This document shows positions 32,401 to 45,454 of a DNA stretch of 64,000 nucleotides, one piece after another (the first letter of the stretch is position 1; every line of letters begins with the position of its first letter). The notes beneath the pieces were generated by a model. It was not told where the DNA came from and made no database searches. It saw only the letters and a program-made list of their open reading frames with translations. Location of the stretch: assembly GCA_010015585.1 (NCBI GenBank), contig ML975153.1; one strand, written 5' to 3'. Made by a program: the position numbers and the translations under genes. Source of the stretch: Eremomyces bilateralis CBS 781.70 (Eukaryota).

Positions 32401-35400
32401 TGAATATCTTCACACGAGGGAGAGTGGAAATGATCCCCAGAATCAGAGCGCAAGAGGCTTCACCATGGCCCAATGGGCGGCCCAGCTTTTGGTAGTGTTC
32501 GAAACAGCGCGAAAGAGAGGCGATGACGCCGATGCAGAATTGCCACGCGATCTTCTCCTTCAAGTCCGGAACATGATCGCGGACGACAGTTGGCTCCAAA
32601 CGGAATACGAATTCGAGACCGTGTCCGACACCCAAGGAAGGATCGCATCCGCACTCGTAGCGTTGAATCTACCGTTCTGCAGATCTTTCAAACGGATATT
32701 CCACACGCTGCTCCTGTCAATGAATAGTGATCAAGCATCTCTCAAGAGCCGGAGTTTGAAGAGCGTGGTTCAACTCCTGGAGAAGGACCCGAAGATTCTC
32801 GACAAAGGCAACCATGTCATCAACCACATCCTTCGGTGCATGGGAGATCCTTCGACAATGGTCCGAGATTCCGCGCTAGGACTACTAGCAAAGTGTCTGA
32901 CACTGAAACCATCGCTCGAGAACGAGGTCTGTGATCGTATCATAGCTCGATCTGCGGATGCGGCCGTTGTAGTCCGAAAGCGCGTAATGAAGACCCTGAA
33001 GGACATCTACTTGAGGAACGAGAGTCAAGATGTCAAGGCCGCCATCGCGGATACTCTTCTTCAACGGATTCGGGATACCGAAGAATCCATCGCAGATATG
33101 GCGAGACAAACCTTCGAAGAGATCTGGATCACACCATTTGTCGAGTCCAAGGGAACAGACGAGGACCCGCACATGAATCTACGCCTCAAGAAGCAGGTAG
33201 CGCTGATTGTCAGGACTGTACAACGCGGGGATGGCGTACTCAGCGTCCTCGAGTCACTTCTCCACAGTGCTCTCTCTCCCCAGTCGAAGCATGCATCTAT
33301 CAACACCGGGGTTTGCAAGACCATGGTTGCAGCGATGTTTGACGCGATTATCGACAACGACCAAGCGTTCAGCGGTCTGCCGCAGCACAGTATCCTTCAG
33401 ACAATGGCAGTATTTTCCAAAGCCAGCCCGGCGCTCTTTACGGCGGATCAATTGAAGCTATTGGAGCCGTATATTAAGAACCTTTCGAACACCGACGATC
33501 TATTAATTTACCGATCGGTCATCAGCATCTTCCGATATACGATGCCGTCGCTGTCCTCTCTCCAGAAAGGATTTTTAGAGAACGTCCAGCAAGCGCTCCT
33601 CAGCAGCGTTGCGAAACTTGGAAAAAGCGAACTCGAAGAGGTCGCTTCATGTCTCTGGATTATTGATAGCGTCCTTGAAAATACGGAGAGACTTATCCGG
33701 CTTATTGTGTCCGTGATTCGCGGCATCGGTGCCAAGAAACTGGTCAACTTCAATGACGCTGCACAGGCCGTGGAACTCAACCGAGTCAAGCGGTACATCA
33801 TGATTGCTGGCTACTTCGGAAAGGCGTGTGATTTCGAGAAGTATCTCAACGTTTTCAAGAAACAGTTGGGCTATCCAGGTTCTACCGTATCAGGCATCAT
33901 CATTGATGTCCTCATCCCGTTTGTGAAGACAAAACAGCCGATCGATCTTCGTGAAGCAGCCCTCGAGAGTATCGGCATGATATGCCAAGCTTGGCCACAA
34001 CAATTCAACCGGCCGGATGTCACTCGAGCCTTTGACTTAGTCTTTATCAACGATGACATGAAGCTGAAGTATGTCGTGCTCCTCTGTATACGCGACTTTT
34101 TTGCCGCCGAAGAGAAGCGATCCGAGACAGGTGCAGAGATCAAGGTTGGTGAGGGTGTGAAACACGGCCAGGCACGTCTTCAAAAGTCACTCGCGGCCAA
34201 TGAAAATGATGGCGTTTCGACCTGTCTTGCGCAGAATTACCTCCACTATATTCTCAAGCTTGCGTTGGCCAAGCCGGATGAACAGGCCTTCCTTGCGACG
34301 CAGATCATTGCAAGTATCAACCGACAAGGCTTGGTGCATCCTAAGGAATGCGGTCCGGCCCTTGTCGCGCTCGAGACCTCTCCACATGAACAAATTGCTG
34401 CGATTGCCTTCCAAGAACACCGCAGCTTGCATGAAAAGCACGAGAGCATGTTTGAGAAGGAGTATATGAAGGCAACCAATCAAGCCTTCACATACCAAGC
34501 GGATGTGCTCAGCGACTCCAAGGGCACCACGGGCCAGCCACCCGTTGCGAAGATGAAGCCGCTTTACGAAGTGCTCAAGATCGGAAACAGCAAAGTGCGC
34601 AAACGGTTCTTGCAAAATCTCTGCTCGCGATGCGATATTGAGCCGGTGAAATTTCAGAGCAATCCGGAAGGTAGTCGGCATGGACATTTCGTCCGGTTCT
34701 GCATGGAGAACCTTGCTCTTTTCGACTATTCTCGGGTCGATGAGCTGCTTCATGTGGTTTCCTGCATGGAAAAGCTAGTTACCTCTAGCGGAACGACAGT
34801 AGCCCATAGCATCGAGACGGAGATATTAAAGATGGGCATGAACAGCCAGCAAAACCCGACGAACAGTGGACCGCAAGCCGATATAGCGATGCAAAATGGT
34901 GATGTGCAAGTCAACGGGTTCGACTACGCACAAGCCAATGGATTAGCGGTGGGCGATGTCGGAAACCATCAATCCCTTCCAGCAGTTCCCGATATCGACC
35001 CAAGCCGTCTCAACACGCTCTCCTTATCGGCCGTCATCCTGTTGACGATCTGGGAAACCCGCAGCCACCTCCGCCGTGCCTGGAACCTCGCGAAGCCACA
35101 CGCCTCCAAGCAATCCAAACCGAGCGTCAAAGACATGAACAAGACCCCCATCCGCAACCCCGCGTTCCCCCACGACAAGTTCCTCGAGCGCATCGCGTCC
35201 CTCCATCACCTCCTCGCCACCCCTGCATCCGAGATCGAAGCCTGCCAGTCCCTCGTGCACCTTCTCAGCGTCGACAACGAGCATCGCATCGTCGACAACG
35301 AGGACGACGACGAGGTCGCGCGCATGGCCGCCGGGTACGAGACGCCGAGCGACGCGGGGGGCGGCGCGAGCGAGAACGGCGGCAGCGCGGAGAAGCGGGG

Positions 35401-35551
35401 CCGGAAGCGGAAGAGCAGTATTAGTCTGGGGGGGCATCTGGGCATGACGCCGAAAAAGAAGCGGGGGCGGCCGGGGAGCGCGAAGAATAAGGGTGGCGCG
35501 GGAGGGAGGAGGAAGAGTACTAGCAGCGGGGACGATGATGGGTGGGATTGA
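29470..35551 (+). CDS. SCC2: Cohesin loader Scc2/Mis4/Nipped-B
   Basis: Exon 1 29470-29593 (RPPTLEEALAYTPVTSILPF), intron 29594-29765, then about 1930 aa HEAT-repeat exon with PFRNLLDIFVEDF…EWPAAELLL, VRDSALGL, QGLVHPKECGPALVALETS. Confidence 0.95.
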
Positions 35552-36454
35552 ACTTGAGGGTATCTGAGGGGTCTAGAGGCGCTAATACGGGCGCGAGTTT
35601 CGGATCAGATGAATGTGGAGATCCACGGAGTAATCGGGGTATGTCTTCGAGCATAGGAAATCGGAGGCGCTTCACTGGGAAATGATCATGGCTCAATGGG
35701 ACTGCATAGATTATGGCTGCATACTGCTACTTAATATATATTCACGGCATTAAGACGGTTTAGACGGATCGGAAGTGAAGGAGACGACGAGTGAAATTTA
35801 GACAACCATAGTCTACGTTGCTACGGTCATGCGGAGATAAAACCGTTATGTTGGGACAGTGCCCTGTGATAGATGCACTATACAAGATAGCAATGAGCCT
35901 CCTCCGTCCGTTCCGATCCATTCGCTAATGCCCATGTCTCGTTCGAATTCCGAACCCCCAAACCCATCCTAAGGTATCCAGCCGCTCCAAACTCCATGAT
36001 ATGCACAAGACTTGCATCCCAATGTATCCTCCCTTGCGTCCAATAATGTCCTGCAATAATTCCGCCTGGCATACCAAATGCATATCGTAGCCGATGCGAT
36101 TCAAACGACTGCCTTCGATGACTCAACTGGTGCAAAAGGGTCAGCACAGCCCAGGCATCGAACACGATGTAAGAGAAAAGAAAGTGGAGGACGCGAGCCC
36201 TCGTCAGACTAGGAAAAGATTCATAGAGGCGTCCGAGTAGAAGGCTCTAATGGGTATGCCAATATCACTTACAACTGCGTGAATTCTTCAGCGGGAGACC
36301 CAAAGCCTGGAAGCACATGCTCAGGTGAGAATGTTTTATGGACAGCAAAGGAGATGGTGATGATGAAACGTCCAGCCAGCACGCTGCTGACGGAGAAAAG
36401 ATCGCCAATCCTAACTTCCGACGAGTACAGCAAAACGACATCAAAGTCGGACTT

Positions 36455-39024
36455 TCATGATTGTGCATAGTAGTGCTGGGGCCGATGAACTGGAGGTTCG
36501 TGACTGTGAACGGTTAGAAGGAAGAGAGAAAAACAGTGTGCCTATCATACTATCGTGGACGCACATCCACAGGGCGAGGTCGATCCCGCGGGAAATCCAT
36601 TAAGTGGGTGCGATTTGTGGTGTTGACTGTGCGAATTCTTGCCTCTTCAGGCGCCCTTACCGCCCTTGCGGCTGGATTCGGGTGCGATTGAAGTTCAACG
36701 TAGCCAGGCGGACTCCTCCGCTCCATCCCATATATCTCACGATGACTAGGCTGTGACTCGAAAGCAGGTCTTTCAGACGGATGATGAGGATGAGGATGAG
36801 ACGAGTAAACACTACGCTCAACAACACGCGGACTTTCTCTTCTGCGGTAACTGTGACTTAGAATAGAAGACTCGGGAGGAAAGGCAAGACGTCGAGGTGC
36901 TTCAACTGCCAACGCGCCCCTACCTGGGGATTCAACGTAATGCGGAATGGGACGAGAAATATCATGCGCTACAGGTAGTCGATCCTGCCCTCGTGGCGAC
37001 TTTGGCCGATTAAGGCTGGGATAGGTGAGGTCCACAACCTTTGGTGGTGTCCTTCGACGCGACGATTCCACCAGTTGTGCACTTTGGTGTGCGCCAGGGT
37101 AGTCAGGGCGAACGCGCTTGTATGAAGGGTCATGAACCTCATCAGTATAAGCGTCATGCCAAGACTTCCGTTTCACCAGCAGATTTGGTCTTCCCTGAGC
37201 TGCAGTGCTAGCCTGTTGCCTAGGACCACGAGCTTCTGGAATAGCCTGACGTGGGTCATACGGCTCAACTCGATCACGAGGGGGTTCATGACGATTTATC
37301 CTAGCATACTGATCCTTTGCTGGATCACTGCTGAATGGAACGTTCTGCGGACTGGCCGCCTCAATGGATGGTAGCGCGACATCTTCATCGCGAACTTGCC
37401 GGGGAGGACTCTGTCTGGTGGTGGGCTGAGTGGGCTGGCTACTAGTTGGAATAGGTTCTCTATGTGTTAGTTCGGGCGCACGTCTGGAAGCATGATCCTG
37501 GATATGGCTGTCCTCTACGTAAAAACGTGATGGAGGCTGTCGACGCTGCTCAAGATGAGGTTCAGAGACTTGCAGCGCTCTTACTGGTGGCGGGATTGGT
37601 CGATGAGATCTCTGTCGTGAATAGTAAGCACATCTAATTATATTATTGCGATCTCGGGAGGACATACCTCGTACGCATCATCGGGGCGAGACCTCGCAAG
37701 TTGCCGCGGTATGTCGTCGACATATGGATGCATTGGTCTTGTGGGGTGCTGCGGTGACTCATAGATGAATCGTTCGGATTGTGGAGCAGCGTACACTCCA
37801 CGAGGTGGAGGCGCTGCTTCAGAGACGTACACACGCTCAGGTCTCGTAGGAATTAGCCGGGGAGGAGGCTCGTATGCTCGAGGGCGGGTGGACAGAGTGG
37901 GTGGAGGAGGATATGGTAGCCGCATACGACCAGGGACGCGGATGAGGTAAGTCCCACGATGCCTTCGAGATTGAGGATGAGGCACCCATTCAACATTATC
38001 TGGCTCATCCCATCGGATATCTTGGTGCCGCAGTGGACGCGACGTGATCTCAACGCTCTCATGGCGTTCTTCTGTTTGGTCGTCACTTGTGGTGCCGTCA
38101 TCTTCATCCTCGGAATCATCGATGACGATGATTTCGCGGAACATCTCCTCGAGCTCACGCTTGCCAGAGTCATTCTCGCCACGCCATTTCATGAGTCGAT
38201 CAAGTGTCGTCGGTTCAACCCTCGACCGAGCTTCATGATACGTATTTTGCTTCAGCAATTTGTCGTAATTGGTATATTCGTGTCGGATATGTGCGACCAC
38301 CGCGAGTTGAACTCGCCGAGGGAGGGAAAGCTCTGCGGCATTTCCTACACGGGAGGTTCCGTTCCGAAAGGCGTGTTTGATGATATTATCAAGATCTTTT
38401 TTTGGGATTTTGGGGAATAGATCGCGAATGGCGAGTCTAACTTGCTCGCTCGTTTCCTTGGAACTATGCGATTGCAAGGATTTGGCCAGTCTTGATGTGT
38501 CAACTGTATCTTTGTTCTTCCGGAATTGACCATGATGGATGGTATATCCCTCCCATTCGCAGGCGAGATCAACGATATCATTGGGAAAGTGATGACCTAT
38601 TCGATGAACATGATGGGCGATCTTTTCGGGGTTATTGTGAGCTCGGTTCTTTGGTGCTACCTACATGGATGTCAGATATTGTTCAAAACACAATTTAAGC
38701 TCGGACGATGCGACTTACCGAGACAACATGGACATCGAGTCCTCGCTTCCTGCAAAGCTCTTTACATCGAGCAGTGAGCTCGGGGGCGCCCGTGGGAACG
38801 AATGTATATCCTGGAGGGGCATTTGCATTATATGAGATCTGTAAGACTTGTTAATAATAACACCAACGGACGGAACAACATCTGCTGACAATGGACTGGA
38901 GTTTCTTCTTCTCTTGGGTTACATGCTCCAACACAATTTTGTACGGCTTTTTCTTCCTTTGCGTATGACGCTCGCCAAGGCGAGGTAGCCTCGAGGCTAA
39001 AGAGCGATCGTTCACTCTCGTCAT
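36455..39024 (-). CDS. DUF2293-domain protein with long Pro/Arg-rich tail (multi-exon)
   Basis: Exon 1 MTRVNDRS…KKKLQSI, intron 38839-38889, PPGYTFVPTG…CKELCR, later AIRDLFPKIP…RVGNAAELSLPRRVQLAVVAHIRHEYTNYDKLL (DUF2293 signature). Last exon and stop at 36455 are inferred from GTATGA…CTAAC…CAG. Confidence 0.8.
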
Positions 39025-39328
39025 GTTCGTCGCAGTGTCCGTGAATGCGAACACCCCATCTTCCAATCACAGAAAGGTTCCGAGGTAATAGGAGGACCTG
39101 GAGATTAGCATGCCATTAACTGGAGCAAACAAGGACAAGCAGACGAGAGATCTCTAAAAGAGAAGGAGGAATCTAATGCAACTACGGTTGCCTCTGAAGC
39201 TACGACACTATGGGCACTTGTAAAGTGATGAAGTGCGGATGGAAGATGCAGGAGGAAAGTGAGGCGGTTCAAGGGCGAGTTGTTGGTGGTGATAAAGAGT
39301 ATTGGTCCAACACAGATGCACCGGCATG

Positions 39329-39375
39329 CACGTGACTTTAGCAATCACGTGCCTTGATAGGCGTCATGTCACGTG
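39329..39375. promoter_or_regulatory. Three RTCACGTGC E-boxes in a divergent promoter
   Basis: CACGTG at 39329, 39346 and 39370, each within RTCACGTGC on one strand or the other, between the DUF2293 gene and the gene at 39609. Confidence 0.5.
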
Positions 39376-39608
39376 CAGATCTATCAACAAACATCTCCAT
39401 CATCCCTGTCGAGTGAACGCTGCTAGAGATTCAGCAGTAGTGAGAGGTATGGATACAGGTATGAGCTTCAAGTTCCAACTTTACTCGCCAAATGCTAATA
39501 AAACCATAGTAATTTGGGCGGACAAGCATGCAGGCCCTCTCCCTTAGGCGTATACTTCCTAACCCATCTCCCTCCATCCCAATCTCGTAGTCCCAATCCC
39601 GTATCACC

Positions 39609-40004
39609 ATGCCTTCTCCCCCCCAAATCATCCACGCTTACCGCACCCTCTATCGCACCGGCCTCCGCGCCCTCAAATACCACCTCCACCACCGACGCGC
39701 CCTCCTCACCCACCTCCGGCACGCCTTCCGCACGAACCCCCCCTCCGCCTTCTCCCCCCAAAAGATCGCGAACACCGTGACGTTCCTGCGGGTGGCGGCG
39801 CGGCGGCAGCCGGCGAGCGTGGAGTATCGGGTGTTGGTGAACTTGCTGAATGCGGGGTATCATCGGGAGCGGCGGCTGGCGAAGGGGAAGGCGATGCCGG
39901 TAGTGGGGACGGTGGAGAGGGGGGTGAGAATGCATAGAGTGTATGAGGGGTTGGATTGGGAGGTGAGGATGTTGAATGAGAGTATGGGGATGTGCTTGCA
40001 ATGA
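39609..40004 (+). CDS. Small basic LYR-like protein (DUF1763-type), probably mitochondrial
   Basis: CACCATG start; IIHAYRTLYRTGLRALKY…LRHAFR…KIANTVTFLRVAA…EYRVLVNLL…MLNESMGMCL. Confidence 0.75.
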   Translation: MPSPPQIIHAYRTLYRTGLRALKYHLHHRRALLTHLRHAFRTNPPSAFSPQKIANTVTFLRVAARRQPASVEYRVLVNLLNAGYHRERRLAKGKAMPVVGTVERGVRMHRVYEGLDWEVRMLNESMGMCLQ

Positions 40005-40170
40005 GGTGGACTGGGCTGGAAGGAAAGGGTCGTATATACCCCTCAAATATGTATCAACACGCGTTGCATTGGATAGACAGCATCAGGCGCTTTGGGGTCC
40101 ACGAGATACCCAACAACCGTCTTAGCCATCTATGTAACTCATTAAATAATCCCCTCCCTCACGAATCTCT

Positions 40171-41210
40171 TCACCAGAAGTCATCTTCCTCATTCGCCCC
40201 TCGATTCTGATTACTCGACTGCTCCATCGCCTCCTCCGAAAACAAATCGTCGTACGCGTGATCCTTCTGATACGCCTTCTCCTTCCGCTCCTTCGCGATC
40301 CGCACCTCCTCCTTCGACTGTAGATCTTGTCAACACGGCCCTGCAATCGGAAGACCTCTCAAGTGCGGTGAATTTAAACTTACCCTCGCCTGCCGCGCCG
40401 CCTGATCCCGCCGCCGCAAGTCCTTCTGCCGGTCCTCTTTCTCCTCCCGGAGATTTGGATGCCGTTCGACTTTCGTCTTGTTCAGGCGATTGACGATGGG
40501 GTTTTCGCGTTGGGGGATGTGGATTTTCTTGACCTGATGGCCGTTAGATACCTTATGACAAATTGTTACGATGATCTCGAACGGTACCTTCTTGTTGTCC
40601 TTGAAGCCCACCTGGCCAGCGTCCATACGGCCGTCTTTCTTGAGGTTGGACCATGGAGTGTAGATGACGGTGACGTTGTCCTTTTTGTTTCCTGGTTAGG
40701 AGGTTAGACTAGATTACACGAACACTTCGATCTGGATGATCTCCCAGGTGGCATACCTTCTATAGAATTCGCCTTCGTCAACTGCGCGCAGTCTTCCAAC
40801 AACTCTGTCGGAATTTCATTCCACGTCTGCCCGTCCGGCAACCGCAAGTAGACATGTGCACTCGACAAATTGTCGACGTGGAACTATATCGAGTACTCTA
40901 GTCAACCCAATACTCCGTGCCGCCATAGAAAATTTATCGAGCTTACCCTACAGCGCAGTCAGCACCCATATAAACCCACCCAGACAGGCTCGAAGTCGGC
41001 GACAACACTCACCACACATCCTCCTCCCAGCCAAATTTAATCAATTCTTCATCTGATACAGAAACATCTGTTAGCCTAATCCGTTCTTCCTCGATAAATC
41101 GGCGGATGCGTGCCGCGAAGGGATCGTGAGCATGTACTTTCAAATTTGTCTTTCCCCACATAGATGAAGGCGGAGGGCGACACCACATTGCTGGTGAAGA
41201 AATAGACCAT
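40171..41210 (-). CDS. JLP2: CCDC25/Jlp2 NFACT-R (DUF814) RNA-binding protein, about 6 exons
   Basis: [24 protein letters not shown] / [14 protein letters not shown] / [15 protein letters not shown]…[12 protein letters not shown] / [19 protein letters not shown]…GQVGFK / …[11 protein letters not shown] / …EDDFW*. Confidence 0.92.
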
Positions 41211-41594
41211 GGTTACGCCCGTGCGGGGATTTGTAGGAAAATATAGTGGGCGAAGGGGATGGTCTGTTGAAGATGATTTTATTATCGGTCGTTTGGAGGG
41301 AATGCGGCGATATAACGATGTATTCGGAGGTCTTCTCTTAGGAGGGGAAAAATGGTAGAGCAGGCAATCACTGTAAAACGAAGGGGTTGGCCTATGACAA
41401 TCTTCACCAAGAGTTAATATAAAACAGAGACATTATTTTCTCGATCGTAACGCTGCTTTACGCATGATAAACGTGATAATATCTACAGAATAATCGATAA
41501 AACACTCCTGGTTCAACCATGAAGCCTACGTCCAAAAACGCCAAATTCCCATCCCAGCCATACGCCTAATACTCTATCATCACCCCGCCGAAAA

Positions 41595-43830
41595 CTAATC
41601 CACACTCTCCTTCTCCCTCACATGCCATATCGGACTCCTCCCCCCCCTCACCGGACTCCCCGTCCGACTCCTCACCAACCGATCCCGACTCTCCACCCGC
41701 GCCATCAACCCCTCCCCCCCTCTCCCTTTCCCCGGACTCCCTACCCCCAATCCCAACGCCACCCCTTGCCCGATCAAATCCCCTCCCGACGGTCCATCCC
41801 CCCTCGGCGTCGCCCATCCGGAACTCCGCCCCGCCGCCGACACCAATCGTGAACTCGACGGCCGCATCGCAGACGCGGATACCGGCGACTCGTCGGAGTA
41901 CGCCTCCTCGACGTCGCCGAGCTCGAAGGCCGCAGGGTCGTCGAGGTCGGTGGCGGCGACACGCTCGTAGCGGGGATCGCGGTGGGAGCCGAAGACCTGG
42001 GTGACGAGCTTGAGGGGGCCGGCGCGGTGGCGTTTGGTTGGTGGGGGCGGGGCGCGGCGGAGTTTGGCGAGGAGGGAGGAGCGGCGGGTGCGGCCGAGGA
42101 GGAGGTAGGTGGCGAGGAGGAGGATGAGGGCGAAGAGGAGGAGGCCGGGGATGCGGCGGGGGGAGTCAGTGGAGAGGGGGTCGGGACGGTCTTTGGGGGG
42201 AAGGGGGGAGGTGGTGTGGTTGGTGGAGGAAGAGGGGTGGGAGGGGAGAGAGGAGCCGCCGGCGGGGTGCCAGTCGGGGGTGGTTTCGACGTTGAGTTTG
42301 TTGGGGCCGAAGCCGACGAGGTAGGGATCGGTCATGGCTTTGGGGGCGGGGGGGACCTGGGAGGAGGCGTAGAGGATCATTTTTCCAAGGGTCCAGGAGA
42401 CCTCGACTCCGTCGATCTTGTCGACGGCTTGGAACGGGTCAACGTAATCGGTGGTCGACTTTGAGCTCGCGGACAGACCGTGCTTGTCGCCTTTGGATTT
42501 GCTGTGTTTTAGGGTGGTGTTATGGGAGGATTGCTCGATCCCAACGCGAGGCACGCCGATCCCCTCGTGAAGCATGTTGATGAGCCAACTGGCCTTGAAG
42601 CACACTTCCCTCGCCGTCTCCTCGTCCACCTTTTTGCCCCATTGCTTGCCGACCTGGCCGCTCTGGATCGCTCCCCACGGCTGGCTGCAGAATTGGTCTA
42701 CCATGGCTTGATAGCTTTTGAAATCGTAACCCCGGTCGGTGTGCGCCATCTCGAACACTTGGTGGGTGGTATGCCAGTACTCGCTGACGCCAACGAAATG
42801 GTTCACATCGAAGTCGAGCGCTGGAGTGTGTACGCCGTGCACGAGACATGGCTTGTCGGGACATGGTGCATCCTTTTCGAGGAGCGGGTACGTTGCGTGC
42901 AAGCATTCCGAGAAGATTCCGGTGCCCAGCAAGTGCGGCTTGCGTCCAAGCCACTCCTCCGACCCCTCAGTAATCGGTTTTCCTTGCGTCGTGACGTTGA
43001 GTCCCTGAGGCAAGCATGGATCGGGCACCTCTGCGAGTTTGTGTTCGGTGTAATCCAGCAATTTGTTGACGTATCGTTCCCGTGCTTTGTTAACGCCGAA
43101 CTCCAGCCACGTTGTCACGAAGACCCGGTACTCTTGGGGCAACCCGTCCATGGTTCGCAATCGGAGGAGCGTCAGGTCGTTCGCATGCTTCTCGGCTTCG
43201 GTGGTGTTTGGCGCGAAAGCAATCTGTGCCGATGCACCCCCCATATCCAGGAACCCATACGTATGATGATCTTTCCCATGGTCATGGTGTTCCGGTTCAT
43301 CAAAGCTCTGTAGTAGGTAGTTCGCAGCGATCCAACCGTACAGCCCTTCGGTCTCTCCTGGGATGATCTGAATGTGGATGTCGCAGTCTGGGAGGTGGAA
43401 GTTGGTGTGGGATTGTGCATAAGCGCAGACTTCTTTTAGGATGGCCGATTGTTCATATGGTTGGAGGAGTCGCATGCCAGCCGTGGCGAGGAGGAAGATC
43501 GGGGTATTGGCGACTTCATCTTTTTCGACGATGTTGAGAGCATGCGAAAACAATTCTTCTAGATAGCCGCCGACCTCTTCCGGCTTATCGTTGAATGTGG
43601 ATATCCCTAGGAGAGAATTAATCTCGACAATTGCAATCGTGGCTTAAATATACCGTACCAGGCTTCTTCTTGACGGTCCAGTCCTTTCTGGTTTCGAGTC
43701 TCGGAAGGCTACGCAGGTCTTTTGCGTTGGCCTTCGCGCGGGCCTTATCCGGCTTCAACCATTTGTATACATGGAGTCGAGTGCCCGATGACCCGGCATC
43801 CAAAATAACCCCGTAACTCCACTTGCCCAT
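41595..43830 (-). CDS. YND1: Golgi apyrase (GDA1/CD39 NTPDase family, Ynd1-type)
   Basis: Apyrase conserved regions DAGSSGTR, ATAGMR, GETEGLYGW, DMGGASAQ and SWTLG; C-terminal TM IPGLLLFALILLLATYLLL; one intron about 43608-43657. Confidence 0.93.
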
Positions 43831-45034
43831 CTGCTTGCATGGATCGCGTTATCGTTAAGAAGGATGTTATGATGGCAACGTCATAGGGAGAGCAGGAGAA
43901 AGAATTTGTAGGGTATTAACGAGTGACGGATACAAACGATTGTTAAGGAAAGCGCAGCGCACACTCAATGACACAACAATGGCATGAATTGGGTGGAGCG
44001 GGATCCGATGGGTGGAAAGCCAGGAGGAGAGAACCAGGAGTTGTTGTAAGGAGGTTGGCGAGTTCCACGAGATTCAGCAACGCATCACGATTGGGAGATT
44101 GGGACACGACGGGATCAGATCAGGAAGGAACAAGGAACAGAATCGATTGCACGACTACGCGTCACCCAAAAATACCAGCCACTCAGAGATAGGCCGACGT
44201 TTATCCCCCATGTTTCAACGCCACACACTGACAGGGGGCATGGCCCGGTGTTGCATCCGTCGTATCGATTATCAGCATCCTCCCCCATCCCTCTCCTCCC
44301 TCCATCAGATAATTGTCATTCTCCAATCCGGTAATGTTGCCTCTCAAGCTGATGCATCGTACCTTTGCTTATATGTGGCGAGATCTATATTAATAGGATC
44401 TGCCCGTCCACGCAGCTCTCGGCTGTGTACTCCATGCTTCGGCCTTGATCACCAAGTTCGCTTCTCAGATTCTCTCCTAGCTCGGGTGACATAATCTGTC
44501 GAAACAGCGACCCCTCACTCCCCTGGCAACGATGCAGAGCGAGTGGACGAGAGGAATGGAGGCTGCAGGCCGATTTTGGTCGAATGCTTACTATGGTACT
44601 TGTAACTAGTGCTCAACATGCCTGTGCGCATTCTATGAAGTCGGAATCAGAGTTCCGAATCTTGGTGACTGGTGGTTTTGATAGGCTACTGAGTGATACT
44701 GACTTATCGATATCGGTACCTAGGTTCGTAAGGAGGACGGCACTGATCCGACTCCTGCAACCCAAAGCGCGGGTTTGAACTTCAAAGAGTCCGCTAACTG
44801 CGCTTGCCTGCGTACCCTAGAATGGGAATTGCGTTGTAGTGATTGGTTCATGTCGATGGCATCAGGCAGCAACTTTATGAGGATATTAATCGAAGGGAAG
44901 TCGGAAGTGAACTGGTTTTCTCAAAACGTAGGATAAACAGTCCTGTATTCACCAAGTCCATCCGTTTAGTCGTGTCATCTTCTGCCAGCAGCATCTCAGT
45001 ACACATCTGTATCAATCAAAATCCAATACTCACC

Positions 45035-45454
45035 ATGGCCTCCCTCCCCCAACCTCACCCCCGCCCCTGCAGACACCACCTTGACCACCACACCTCCACC
45101 GGCGGCCACCTCACCACCCTCCTCGACGCTGGCTGCGGCCCAGGCATCGTCATCCGCGCCCTCGCCCCCCACTTCACCCATGCCATCGGCCTCGACCCCT
45201 CCGAAGGCATGGTCTCCACTGCCCGCTCTCTCGGCGGCACCTCCTCCACCGCCGAACCCATCCGCTTCGAGATCTCGACGGCCGAGGAGCTGGGAGTAAA
45301 GCTCGACCCCCCGGTGGAGGAGGGTAGCGTCGATCTAATCGTCGCGGCCACCGCGGCGCATTGGTTCGATATGGAGGCGTTCTGGCCGCGGGCAGCAAAG
45401 GTTCTGAAGCCGGGAGGGACGGTGGCGTTCTGGTACCGATATCTTCTGCTTTAG
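45035..45454 (+). pseudogene. Truncated class I SAM-dependent methyltransferase (Tmt1/Crg1-like)
   Basis: LLDAGCGPG, AIGLDPSEGM, SVDLIVAATAAHWFD and LKPGGTVAFW motifs, but only about 139 aa and no recognisable C-terminal half. Confidence 0.65.
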
